This document shows, piece after piece, positions 50,843 through 64,000 of a stretch of 64,000 nt of DNA (position 1 is the first letter of the stretch; each line of letters opens with the position of its first letter). This stretch comes from Priapulus caudatus (Eukaryota). Where the stretch lies: contig NW_014577061.1 of assembly GCF_000485595.1 (NCBI RefSeq), positions 223,455 to 287,454 of the forward strand, read 5' to 3'. The notes beneath the pieces are model-generated. The model did not search any database and was not told the origin of the DNA. It saw nothing but the letters and a program-made list of their open reading frames with translations. A program made the translations under genes and the position numbers.

Positions 50843-53800
50843 AGCACATGCCCGCGTCTCATCAGCCGAATACGTTCATGCATATAGTATCGCCGTACTG
50901 CTTCTATGTTTAAGGTTCACCTAGCCGCAGGCTACACAGCAGTATCAGACGTTGACTTCACTAAGTCTTGTCTTTATTGTAGAATGCCTTGAATTGCGCT
51001 TGGCAATTTTGTAACCGATTATGGTGTTTCGTTGTACATGCGCGCACGCGGGCACGTAGGTACGTTGTCACCTTTTGCACCTTGGATGAATATGAAATCA
51101 TATTTGCGAAGTCAAGTACCATAGCATGGTTTAAGCAGGATTCGGCTGCGAAAGCAAGTATGTTAGTTGCGTTATCCGTTTGCTTTCATAAACCAGCGCC
51201 CCGTATAACAATAACCAGAGTAATTCAGCGCCCTCTGTCGATCATGAGTTTACGAATAGGTCCTACTTTTTTCCGCACCGGATACCCTCCTTTTCACATA
51301 TTTCCTGTCCCGGAGCATAGATCCTACTTTTTCCGCACCGGAGACCCTCCTTTTCACATATTTCCGGAGACCCTCCGTTTCACATATTTCCCGTCCCTGC
51401 GCAAATGTTCTACTTTTTTCCGCACGTTCCGGAGCCCCCCATTTTGATGTGCTGCGTTAGTACCGGAGCCCCCCAATTCCATCTCTCAAGTGGCACATAC
51501 CTACCCTATTTGGTAGGGAGTGCCCCCCGGGCTACAACTGTTTTGAGGGCAGTAAATGTACAGGCTAGTAAGTGCCCTTGATTGACAGTTTCGTTGACCT
51601 TAGCTCATTATCTGTATTGTCGATGCCTCGACCACCATAGACTTTAAGTCTGAAAAGTCCAAGATTCAGCACAGACGGTGTACGAAAGCGTGTACGTTGC
51701 TAACTCTGCTCTCCCGAACGCTACTAGACGGCTAGTGCTTTTAGCCTTTAAGTCGATATTTCTTACTGAAACCGCGGCGCACCGTCTGTCTTGCTTTTTG
51801 AAAACTTCACATCCAGAGCGTTTATAATATATTTCTGAAGTTATTTTTGGGCACGGAGTCCTAAGCTTTGCTATTATAAACGATATATTTAGGCCTATGA
51901 ATACAATATAGAAAGATTGAGCAGCCAGTTTGGAATACAGAAACGTATGCTATATAATAAGGTTCTAGTTCAAATGCAAGATTCAATGATGTAAGTATTA
52001 TTTACTGGTGCTGTGTATAAAGCAATCTAAGGCTAGTAATTCTAACATATAGTTGAACGTTCTGAGCGACAGAAAATAATTATGGTAGCAATTTTGACAT
52101 CATGGAATTCATTATGGAGTTGAATTGTCATTCCTATAATTCTCATTTATTGCACCTAGCAGCAAAGAGCACGACAATTCCGTTCTTAATTTATTACCTA
52201 ACAATCTGCTCGATATGAAGCATGTCTTCACTACGAATGTTGCGCTATAACTTTTCAATTGCTCCCCCATTATTATTACGTAAACATACACGTTGGGCAT
52301 TTCGTTTTCATTTCGTTTGCATTCATGTTGATGCTACACTGCTCAATAGATGGCGCTACATGCATATGAACTATGTGGAGTGTATAATAATAGACTATTA
52401 TAGTCTATACCATACATATCTATATCTATATATCTATATATATATATACATGTCTATTATAGTATATATTATAGAATATAATAGTCTATTATTTTACACT
52501 CCTGATAGGTCTACTTGTAATGCCCTATCGTACCGTACAGTACCGACCCTACTTTACCATACACATGATACGCAATTAAACCAGTAACAAAGTTAGGTAT
52601 ATAGTGTCCGTCTATTTGCTCTTTCGGTATGAGGCGTCATTATAGAAGTAACTCGTGTAGATTGTAATACAGAGTGTTGAATTCATCAATATACTATATT
52701 ATGTATAAAATATGTATACTAAAATATAGGCCGTTATGATATCCGCTCAACAGTCAACATACGTAACTTAATAAATGACCCGACCCCCACCATAATAATG
52801 TTCCCGTGTATATAATCTTTTAGCATATATATATATATATATATATATACATCCTATGTGTCATTAATAAAATGACATAGGCCTATGTCTCGCTCGAGGA
52901 AAATGCGTGCAGATAATTAAAATAGCAGTGAATTTGTTATCTTTCATGATTCACAAAACAGTCCATCTCGGACGACCGGGACATTGACACAATGTACAGC
53001 AATATACGTCATCGATCCTGATCTCTGAATAGGTCTCTCTAATTTCACTACGGTGACTGAATGATGATAGATATAATAATCTATAACAATTGTACAGTAG
53101 AAGACTTTCTTTGTAACCCGTCGCAGAGAGCTAAGACCACCCCAAGTCTCTCACCATAAATGAAATAGGTGTAAAGTGCTTCAGAACGTTTTTTTAATAA
53201 ATAAGTCGATCTTACACTCTTGCAATGAATTTGCGATGCGTTCATTAACACGCATTACTACATTCAGTTGTGACGCGGTTATTATTTAAGTGATATTCTC
53301 TATTTTATTTTGGTTCGGCAATATTTGCTTTTGCTAATGGGTCGCCCATTTTGATTTGTTTAACTAACGAAATGTGATACCCTTTTTGTCAGTGATATTT
53401 TATTTCAGTACGTCAGCTGTTTGTTAAAACGTACTGATGGTCACTTTAATTATATGCATATATTAAAAAATGGTAAGCACTTATTTCTAGACAGAATGCT
53501 AGATTAGCGTTTCGTTAATGAAGCTCATCTATGATTTTACTTGTAAAGCGTGTTGGAGCAACGTTGCCGTCCCTTTTAACTATGGCGATACCAAGCAGTC
53601 ATGGTTCCTACATACTACATAATACCTGTCATACTATGATCATATTAAGAACTAATAATACATATATTATTAGCTCTTGATCATAATTTTGTCATATATC
53701 AAAACTATACCAACTATTTCAGTGAATCGCTGCACGTCTGATCGTGAAGCCGCAATTTTCAGTAAACGGTTAAGCGCCTCCGTGTCCTAATTATTACAAC

Positions 53801-55329
53801 TAACAATGATTCATTAGCTAGTGCTTTGATTTGTAATCGTGTGACGATTAACCTTCCCGTTCATAAAAGAAGGGACGGCAAAAATTGCCTGAGAAATGCT
53901 ATTTGATTTAGCATACCATTTCGCAAAGATGTAAATATTGAATAAGCACGCAGTGCGTGCGTGGTAGTGGTCTCGTATGGTGCTGCTCCAGCAAGTTTTA
54001 CAATGGCTCTCGGCAGTGGAAGAGAGTTAATTTAATCTTGCGTCTTCGTATATGCAGTTTGCATTGTTCAAAATGTTTGCATAAATGCTAAGCATATTAC
54101 AGTGCTTACACAAATACTATAAACTAGATGTTTGTTCATATTACCATAGTTCTATGCATAATGTGTACAGTTTGGAATTGTAACTGTCGTTTATTTCTGG
54201 TTTGCATTAATTCGGCTTGACGCACATTTGCATAATGGTTAAAGAATATTCACGCACGATCACCATTGACGATTGCATTAGCCTTCGTGTGCTGCACTTC
54301 CTGTCGTTTCACCCTGGTGGTTGTGTTTTATCACTTCAGCTTACACCTTGTGAATATAGGGATAACAATAAGTATTGGATTCGCAGAAGTTACATCGATG
54401 CTTTTCCAAACCTTTTCGCACGATGTACATTACATTTTTACATTTGCATTATAACGTGTTGGTGCTGTTGGATTAGCGTGATGTATTATGGCGGTGAATG
54501 AGATTTATGCTGCTGTCAATCGTATATAAGAGTGTTTCGAGCTCGTCCTTTTCCTACAGCATCACCATTAACACGCATGCATCGCATCATCTAGATATAT
54601 GAAATTTACAGTCAACGTATCCATGTAGTGCTCTATATATGTAGCCTGGCTGATAGAGAGATTGAAGTGCGTAGACAAAGAATGCAATATATTATGATGA
54701 AACGACATCCATGGAGAAAATGACGTGATATGGATCCGTGTGTGCAGTTGACTGCATGGTTATACATGCATCTGATGAAACGATAACTTGTTAATCGGTT
54801 ACGTTATAACCGTATTAACCGTATATGAGCAACGACGTTGAGATGTATTTCCTGTTTACGGCAGTAATAATAAATTATTATTCGTTGTGAGTTTAATGTT
54901 ACAAAACAGTTCGTATCGAATTTCTCACGATATCTATTTCAATCACGTCGTCGCTGATGGTTTGTGAATTGTGGTTCTTCCAGAGAGCTGATGGATTACA
55001 GCTCAGGACGTAGCGAGATTAAAGTATATTGTGGGGACATAATTTCTTGACCAAAATCAGGTCGTAACGGTTGTCGACATAGCTCAATTGGTGGGTTCCT
55101 GAAATAAACCGCGAATGGGATATGATTGGGTTAAATGGAGTCGGAATAATCCATTATTTTACGTTGATTTCAGGGTTAAATACTTCTATTACTCATATTC
55201 TTGGTGTTCATAATTTGTCGGGGAGAGCCCCCTTGCTGCCTCCCCCAACCACACCCGCAGGGGCAGTACGTGGCACCGCAGAGACGATTTTCATCATGCG
55301 CTGTTTAGAATACAATAATACATATTACA

Positions 55330-55360
<31 letters not shown>

Positions 55361-56737
55361 CATATAAGTGTGTGCGTGTGTGTGTGTGCGCGTGCGTGCG
55401 GGCGTGCGTATTGCGGGTACTTGCGTTCGAGCGTGCGTGCTTGAGTACGTGTGTTCGTGAGGGTGTTATAGGGAAGGCAGCAAGGCTGGGCAATTGTAAT
55501 TATTAAAATGGGAAATATTTGGGTTTCATTTTTTATGTCTAACTACTCCCGACTCTGTATTCTCAATATTTATCGTATGACATCAACAAAACTGGTATTG
55601 TTTGTCATCATGATACTGGTATTCAACGCGACACTAGCGCCGACAAACGGCGTAGACATGTATACATCATTCTTCCATTGCAATTTGTAAGAATCCGTTC
55701 TTTCTTATATATAATATAATCAGGAGTGAATAATAATAGATAGATATTAATATTTAATTAATTAGTCTCTTATTATTCACTCATGATATAATTATATATA
55801 TATATATATATAGTTATAATTATATCATACATTTAAATTCAAGGAAATCTCTGTTTTTAGCAGTTAATAGGTATTCGCTTACACGGATCAAACGGCACAA
55901 TCTCTGCCATAATATAGGAAAGTTGGCATTTCATCATATACTAGGCATTTATATAATTATTGAAACGGGGAATTGACTCTTCCATTTTCCAATACAAACT
56001 ATTTGAGAGTCCGTGCTCTCTACACTTAACGTATAATCTCAACAAAAAATACATATCGTTTGGCATCACACACTCGTATTCAACGCGACACTAGCGCCGA
56101 CAAACAGCACAGGATTTCATATATCATTCTATTTGCGTGGAATTTCAATATCTGCAGACATATACATGGGCGCAAATGTCATGGGGACACGGCGGACACA
56201 TCCCCCCACTTTTCAAAGGGTGTGGGACACAATATCAAATGTCTCCCCAGGTTTTTCAACATGTGCTTCTGCATAATTATAAGCCCCTTCTATAATATTA
56301 TTATTTTGTGCTTGTCTCCACTAAATGAAAAAATAGAAAGTATAAAAAATGACTCCCGCTCATGAACCGCTCCCGCTCCGAAACTGAATACAGGAACCGC
56401 GACCGTATACGGCTGCTATGGGTGCCCTAGGTAGGGGATATTGAAAGGACTTACTAGTCTCGAGTTCCAGAATCTTGTCACTCCATATCCGATCCTACTA
56501 GCATGCACATGGATTTAACGTAGACTTGTAATATGTAAGGCTAGTACGCGCGCGATCGCTAGCTGTTCAGTAGCTATTGATATCTGTGGTACATATGTAC
56601 ATTCGTATATATATTTTATATACATTTCGTATATATTACGTACTATTATTTATGTCGTACTGCACGCCTGAAACGGTGCTCGCGCATGCGCAATATCCCC
56701 AAAATAGAATAATATTTTGCAAAAATTTTGAATTTAA

Positions 56738-57198
56738 GGATACTCTCAACCTTTTGCACGGGTATTACTCTAATGAAGATTAAACGTTTATTGACGAATA
56801 AATCGAATCAATGTCGTAATCACTTGTTTTTTTTATAGAGGAGATATATCTCTATGCTCAAGGCAAAAAATTTCATGAAATTTCCAGCACCTAATTATGT
56901 TATCACAAAATTTTGAATTTCTCAATTACCAGAAAGAGTGAAGATACAAAATTTTCGCCTACTATATATACATCGACTACTAAGTCAGAAATTGGAACGG
57001 AGAAATCAGCGTTTTTCTGACGTCAGCCGCGGCTCACTACACATGTACGCGGGCAAGCAAAACGCTGTGACAGTTCACATGTACCGCTATATGGAGATAT
57101 GACACAGCATGTACACAGGTGGTACATAGTGTTAGCCATCGAATAAACTTGAAAATGAAAAATCGGTAAAAAAATTTCCTAAAACCTTGAGAGTTATC
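56738..57198. mobile_element. 461-bp non-autonomous TIR element with TTAA TSD (Kolobok-like) inside a satellite monomer
   Basis: Intact monomers read GAATTTAAAATGA; here TTAA is duplicated (56734-56737, 57199-57202) around GGATACTCTCAA...TTGAGAGTTATC. Confidence 0.72.
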
Positions 57199-60006
57199 TT
57201 AAAATGAGGAGGAGTTATCCTAGCCTAGATTTTTATGTGATAAAATTTTATCAGTAGACCTCAGCTCAGAAATAAGAAGCAGACTTTGCATGTAATGTCC
57301 CCGCTGCATATACCATTCCGTACATAACCTGACTACGTTAGTGTTTTATCGCATGCGCAATATCTCACCTGAGTTTTATTTTATGATAAAAACGCATTTA
57401 GTATGGTCAGTGGATATTTCAACAAAGGTTTCTGTAATAAATTCTTATCAGTAGGCCTGTACGTGTTTATAGTTAGCAGAGCGCCCTAGCCTGTAGGGTG
57501 CAAAACTCTTTCTTTATCCCTGCCCGCCCTTTCCCTTGTCTTCATTGTCGCACGCTCAGCATCCATCTTCTTTTACCGCCCCTCGGCTGTCTTCCCTGCC
57601 ACCTTCCCTTAGTTTCCCACCCCTCTCTCCCTCATCAAGCTATATTTACGTACTTTTTCTTTGCCCGTACTGCTTGCCTAAAACGGTGCTCGCGCATGCG
57701 CAATATCTCCCAAGAATAATAATATTTTGCAAATATTATGCATTTAAAATTGAGAGGGGTTATCCTAGCATAGATCTATATAATAAAATTTCATCAGTAG
57801 ACCTCACTTCAGAAATAAGAAGCAGACCTTGCATGTAATGTCCCCGCTGCATATACCATTCCGTACATAACCTGACTACGTTAATGTTTTATCGCATGCG
57901 CAATATCTCACCAGAGGAGTTTTATTTTATGATGAAAACGCATTTAGTATGGTTAGTGGATATCTCGACAAAGGTTTCTGTAATAAATTCTTATCAGTAG
58001 GCCTGTGTTTATAGTTAGGAGAGCGCCCTAGCCTGTAGGGTGCAAAACTCCTTCTTTATCCCCGCCGCCCTTTCCCTTGTCTTCATTGTCGCACGCTCAA
58101 CCTCCTTCTTCTTTTACCGCCCCTCGACTGTCTATTCTGCCACCTTCCCTCAGTTTCCTACCCCTCTCTCCTTCAGCAAGCTATATTTACGCACTTTTCC
58201 TTTTGCCGTACTGCACGTCTGAAACGCTGCTCGCGCATGCGCAATATCTCCCGAGAAGAACAATGTTTTGCAAACATTATGAATTTAAAATGAAGAAGAG
58301 TTATCCTAGTATAGATCTATATGATAAAATTTCATTAGTAAACTTCACTTCAGAAATAGGAAGCAGACCTTGCATGCATGTAATGTCCCCGCTGCATATA
58401 CCATTCCGTACATAACCTGACCTAAACGTAGTGTTTTATCGCATGCGCAATATCTCACCAGAGGAGTTTTATATTATGATGTAAAACGCATTTATTATGC
58501 AGTGGATATCTAGACAAAGGTTTCTGTACAAAATTCTTATCAGTAGGCCTGTGTTTATAGTTAGGAGAGCGCCCTAGCCTGTAGGGTGCAAAACTCCTAC
58601 TTTATCCCCGCCACCCTTCCCTTTGTCTCCATTGTCGCACGCTCAGCCTCCTTCTTCTTTTACCGCCCCTCGTCTGTCTTCCCTGCCACCTTCCCTTAGT
58701 TTCCCACCCCTCTCTCCTTCAGCAAGCTATAATTACGTACTTTTCCTTTGCCCGTACTGATGGCCTGAAACTGTGCTCGCGCATGCGCAATATCTCCCGA
58801 GAAGAAGAATATTTTGCAAACATTATCAATTTAAAATGAAAAGGGGTTAATCCTAGCATAGATCTATATGATAATATTTTATCAGTAGACCTCACTTCAG
58901 ATAAGAAGCAGACCTTGCCATGTAATGTCCCGCTGCATATACCATTCCGTACATAACCTGACTACGTTAGTGTTTTATCGCATGCGCAATATCTCACCAG
59001 AGGAGTTTTATTTTATGATGAAAACGCATTTAGTATGGCAAATGGATATCTCGACAAAGGTTTCTGTAATAAATTCTTATCAGTAGGCCTGTGTTTATAG
59101 TTAGGAGAGCGCCCTAGCCTGTAGGGTGCAAAACTTCTTCTTTATCCCCGCCCGCCCTTTACCTTGTCTTCATTGTCGCACGCTCAGCCTCCTTCTTCTT
59201 TTACCGCCCCTCGACTGTCTATTCTGCCACCTTCCCTCAGTTTTCTACCCCTCTCTCCCTCAGCAAGCTATATTTACGTACTTTTCCTTTGGCCGTACTG
59301 CACGTCCGAAACGGTGCTCGTGCATGCGCAATATCTCCCGAGAAGAACAATGTTTTGCAAACATTATGAATTTAAAATGAAGAGGGGTTATCCTAGTATA
59401 GATCTATATAATAAAATTTCATCAGTAGACTTTACTTCAGAAATAGGAAGCAGACCTTGCATGCATGTAATGTCCCCGCTGCATATACCATTCCGTACAT
59501 AACCTGACTACGTTAGTATTTTATCGCATGCGCAATATCTCACCAGAGGAGTTTTTTTTATGATGAAAACGCATTTAGTATGTCAGCTGGATATCTAGAC
59601 AAAGGTTTCTGTACAGAAATTCTTATCAGTAAGCACTGTGTTTATAGTTAGGAAGCGCCGCTAGGCCTGTAGGGTGCAACTCCTAGCTTTAATCCCCGCC
59701 CGCGCCTTCCCTTTGTCTCGCATTGTCGCACGCTCAGCATCCTTCTGCCTTCCACCGCCCCCTCGACTGTCTTCTCTGTCACCTTCCCTCAGTTTTCTAC
59801 CCCTCTCTTCCCTTCCAAGCTATATTTAGCATACTTTTCCTTTTGGCCGTACTGCAGCGTCTGAACGGTTTGCTCTAGCGCATTCGCAATATCTCCGCAA
59901 AGAAGAACAATGTTTGCAAAACATTATTAATTTAAAATGAAGAGAGGTTATCCTAGTATAGTATCTCTATGATAACATTTCATCAGTAAGACTTCACATC
60001 AGAAAT

Positions 60007-61047
60007 GGGTATTGCTGAGGTTTAGGGGCAAATTCTGCAGTTTTAAAATACTGAATTGTTTTTAATCGTCCTTTTGGCAATTTATGGAAATTTTTGTCAA
60101 TATTTGTAACACTGCCTGGCCCTGAAACCACAAAGATTATTAACTTTTTACTTTTTGTATACCTTTTATAAGGGCTATAAGCATCAACTTCCGGTAAACA
60201 ATTTTGTAAGCGAGTTGATGTAACGGAGTTTGATAATTTGTCATGTTTGACGCTTGGTTGTTGCCACATGGAGCAAAGGGCAAGAATCAAAGTAATATGT
60301 TTTATTGCAAGAGGTCTAATATGCCTGTCTCCTCAATGTTATGATGTTTGATTCTATGGTTACTTATCAAACAATTTGCGTAAGACAGAGGTGATGATGC
60401 ATTTAAGTACGCATTATTTTTGCAACTTTTCCCACTTCGAAATGTGATGCTGTGTTGTTGTCGCTGATTGTCTGTTTGTCGATTGGTCTGATTGGTCCTG
60501 TATTTGGTCTGATTGGATTCTGATTGGTCATTGGGTAACACCATTGTCTTATGAATAGATGGCAGCACAATACAGTCGTAATCCATTAAATATCATATAA
60601 ACACTTATATGTTGTATATGATATCTATGGTCGTAACGGAGTTGATAAAATTGCAGGACAATTTAGGGTCTGAGGTTCACGCCCTCTTTACACTTATGGT
60701 CACAGTGCCCATGAAATTTGCTGAATTACAGTTGAAAACAATAGCAAACCCCACGCCAAGCTAGATTTCCCGATCCTGAATGATGACAACAGCTTCAAAT
60801 CATTGGTGGAAATGGCTACCATGGTTTATGGGAGCGGTCATTCCGAGACCATCTGACATATGAACTTAATTTTTTTTAAGAAATTTCACGGTGTATATGA
60901 AATATCCATTTAGATGCTAATTTTTTACGCAGGATTCAAGGACTTCCTGTCAAACAAAAAAGATTGATTCAAAACCATGGCAAGTCATTGAAGAATTCTG
61001 CAAGGGTGGTCAGGACAATAATTTGCCCCCTAACCTCAGAATCACCC
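60007..61047. mobile_element. ~1.04-kb non-autonomous DNA transposon, 28-bp TIR, 4-bp TSD AAAT (Sola2-like)
   Basis: Right TIR AATTTGCCCCCTAACCTCAGAATCACCC is the exact reverse complement of the left TIR of the copy at 63012; this copy's own left TIR is degenerate. The empty site CAGAAATAGGAAG is seen in other monomers. Confidence 0.82.
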
Positions 61048-61651
61048 AAATAGGAAGCAGACCTTGCATGCATGTAAAGTCCCCGCTGCATATACCCTAA
61101 CATAACCTGACTATGTTACTGTTTTAGCGCATGCGCAAAATCTTACCAGAGAAGTTTTATTTTGTGATGAAAATGCATTTAGTTTGGTCAGGAGGTATCT
61201 CAGCATCAATTTCTGTAATAAATTATTATCGTTAGACCTGAATATGGGGGTGGGTTCGGAGTGAAATGTTGCAAAATGTATTGCTATTGTCTAAGGTGTA
61301 TTCTTCTTTATATTGACTCTTGTTCCTTGATGTACTGCATATTCAGCTGTACTGCACATTCCCCAATTGCATAATTATTGCAAATGGGGCATCAATGTAA
61401 AAGGAAATGAACAGGCTTTCCAGTGATACCAAATGCAATTATAATAATACAGGTACCAGAGAGATATCATCGATCAAACCTGAATTTCCGAACTTTTTTA
61501 GGAGTGTACATGAAAAGTCTCCAAAATCAAAAAAAACCTTCTGCATTTTACGGGTTAAGAGACACAGGGTCAAGACGGTATTCGTAGTGTCTTTCATTTT
61601 AGATACAGTGTAAACAAACGTCTATTACTTTATATACAGTGTTTACATTAA

Positions 61652-61901
61652 AGGTAGTAGCCCTCAATTGCACTCCCTCCCAATTTTCATATAATTTCAT
61701 GTGTAGATGCCATCAGGATATTTTCTTCGAGTTCTTAAGGCGTCTTCCAGTCGCCTTAAGAGGAAAACGTTCAATATTTTTTTTTAATGTCGCATTATAA
61801 CCATTAATCCAATGATGTGATATGTTTACTTTGATGAGTCACAATGAGCCAAACTTTGTTCGAGACCTCCCACGATGCTTTGCAAATGAGGGCTACTACC
61901 T
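61652..61901. mobile_element. 250-bp MITE with TTAA TSD and 21-bp TIR (Kolobok-like)
   Basis: TTAA|AGGTAGTAGCCCTCAATTGCA ... TGCAAATGAGGGCTACTACCT|TTAA, one mismatch. Confidence 0.82.
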
Positions 61902-63011
61902 TTAAAGGAAAATGGGATTCCAATCCTTTTTTTTTATCTCAGACTTCAGTATCCATAAAAATAAACATGTTTCACTCAGTGAATGGGTGTGATTCGAGTA
62001 CATGTAAAAAGTTTAAATTTTGTTTTGAGATAAATTTAAGAGATACATAAAGATATCATAGTTGAAGCTACCATACTTTAACACGTTAAATTCTGAATAT
62101 ATTATTTGCCCCCCCCCCATCCTCAAAATGGATCGAAGTCCCTGATGGAATACGATCAACGATATACACGAAGAAGTCAAAGAAGCATTATTTGAAATGG
62201 AAAGTTTTGAAAATTCATCGATCTCTAGTGATCAGATGACCTAGTTTATGGCATGTAAACTATACAAACAATAGTTGATACTTAAAATGCGCAATTAAAA
62301 TGCGCGAAAATGAACCTTTTAGATAAAATTCGAAAAGTTCCTACCGTTGAACGGGGATACCCACCACCCAGCTCCCCCCTCGCTCGCTGCTTCGCTCCCT
62401 CGTAGGCTCTTGAACCACGTCTGGTCCCCCCCCGCACTTTTTAAACTGGATTTGCGTCCCTGGACATGCCACCCTCCTTTTTGAATGCTTAAAGTCAGCC
62501 CTACGTCATTTCATTTCGGCGTCACGTCGCCGACATTTCCGCGTTATATATATGTGTAATAGTATAACAAGGGATCTGTGGCAGAGTACTGCTGCCATTG
62601 AAGTAGCGAGGTCGCGATTTGCGAAGGTTTCTGTACAAAATTCTTATCAGTAGGCCTGTGTTTATAGTTAGGAGAGCGCCCTAGCCTGTAGGGTGCAAAA
62701 CTCCTACTTTATCCCCGCCCGCCCTTCCCTTTGTCTCCATTGTCGCACGCTCAGCATCCTTCTCCTTCCACCGCCCCTCGACTGTCTTCTCTGTCACCTT
62801 CCCTCAGTTTTCTACCCCTCTCTCCTTCAGCAAGCTATATTTACCTACTTTTCCTTTGGCCGTACTGCACGTCTGAAACGGTGCTCGCGCATTCGCAATA
62901 TCTCCCAAGAAGAACAATGTTTTGCAAACATTATTAATTTAAAATGAAGAGAGGTTATCCTAGTATAGATCTCTATGATAACATTTCATCAGTAGACTTC
63001 ACTTCAGAAAT

Positions 63012-64000
63012 GGGTGATTCTGAGGTTAGGGGGCAAATTGCAGTTTTAAATTACTGAATTTTTTTTATCATCCCTTTGGCATATTTATGGAATTTTTTCA
63101 ATATTTGTAACACTGTGGCCCTGAAACCACAAAGATTATTACACTTTTTTACTTTTTTGTATACCTTTATAAGGGCCTATACATCAACTCCGTTACAATT
63201 TTGTAACGGAGTTGATGTAACGGAGTTGATAATTTTGTCATGTTTGACCTTGTTGGTTCCACATGGAGCAAGGGCAAGATGCAAATAATATGTTTTATTC
63301 AAGAGGTCAATATGCATGTCTTCCTCAATTTATGATGTTTGGTTTCTATGGTTACTTATCATACAATTTGCGTAACAGAGGTGATGAATGCATTTAAGTA
63401 CGCATTTATTTTTGGCAAATTTTCCACTTGAAATGTGATGCTGGTTGGTCTGATTGGTCTGATTGGTCTGATTGGTCTGATTTGGTCTGATTGGATCTGA
63501 TTGGTCATTGGGTAACACCATTGTCTATGAATAGATGGCAGCACAATACAGTCGTAACCATAAATATCATATAACAACTTATATGTTGTTATATGATATC
63601 TATGGTCGTAACGGAGTTGATAAAAATTCAGGACAATAGGTCTGAGGTTCACCCCTCTTACACTTATGGTCACAGGCGCATGAAATTTTGCTGAATTACA
63701 GTTGAAACAATAGCAACCCCACCCAAACTAGATTTCCCATACCTGAATGATGACAACAGCTTCAAATCATTGGTGGAAAATTGGCTACCATGGTTTAGGA
63801 CAGGTCATTCCGAGACCATCTGAACATTGAACTTAATTTTTTTTTAAGAAATCTCATGTATATGAAATCCATTTTAGTGCTAATTTTTTACCAGGATCCA
63901 AGACATTCGTCAAACAATAAAATTGATTCAAAACCTGGCAAGTCATTGAAGAATTCTGACCAAGGGTGGTCAGGACAATAATTTGCCCCCTAACCTCAGA
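63012..64000. mobile_element. Second copy of the Sola2-like element, right TIR cut by the window edge
   Basis: AAAT|GGGTGATTCTGAGGTTAGGGGGCAAATT start; collinear with 60007-61047; internal (TTGGTCTGA)n. Confidence 0.82.

Larger units (their letters stand above)
37301..55345 (+). repeat. ~9.03-kb tandem duplication: copy 1 about 37301-46295, copy 2 about 46354-55345
   Basis: Constant offset of 9034 over the 3' halves (e.g. 41701 vs 50735); the ORF track is duplicated; all three boundaries are (TA)n tracts. Confidence 0.97.
56630..63011. repeat. Satellite-like tandem array, ~540-546-bp monomer, interrupted by TE insertions and by non-array sequence at about 61240-62620
   Basis: The anchor GCGCCCTAGCCTGTAGGG recurs at 57481, 58023, 58569, 59109, 59655 (degenerate) and 62676. 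Confidence 0.95.

Noticed and set aside
56165..62462. One large hAT-like element enclosing the satellite (CATGGGCGCAAAT ... ATTTGCGTCCCTG)
   Set aside because: The TIR match is imperfect, the flanks match only 5/8 (GACATATA vs GACATGCC), another similar end lies near 62145, and the satellite continues beyond 62462.
57498..62947. Repeated ORFs MQNSFFIPA.../MSSLSHAQ... read as a tandem gene family
   Set aside because: They lie in satellite monomers, the frames break differently in each copy, and no domain is recognisable.

Overview
Eukaryotic (metazoan, probably marine invertebrate) genomic DNA from a draft assembly with three N gaps and very dense microsatellites. Most ORFs in the supplied track are microsatellite noise. 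The one host gene is a multi-exon, plus-strand STAC-family gene (SH3 and cysteine-rich domain adaptor: C1 zinc finger, a 'VDPVYE' motif, tandem SH3), reconstructed by hand from GT-AG exons with matching phases. Its 3' half and 3' flank (about 9.03 kb) occur twice in tandem, joined at (TA)n tracts; the first copy carries frameshifting 1-bp indels and the second is intact. The introns hold a degenerate L2/CR1-group LINE with its 5' part inverted, two 9-bp-TSD MITEs carrying (CCCTAA)n, and a family of tiny CAAGAG...CTCTTG hairpin elements. A candidate internal first exon next to an RFX X-box could give a C1-less isoform. The right end is a ~543-bp satellite array invaded by Sola2-like and Kolobok-like TIR elements. 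Several duplications and the inversion may be long-read gap-filling or haplotype artefacts. No clearly new biological system is demonstrated; all comparisons were made by eye.
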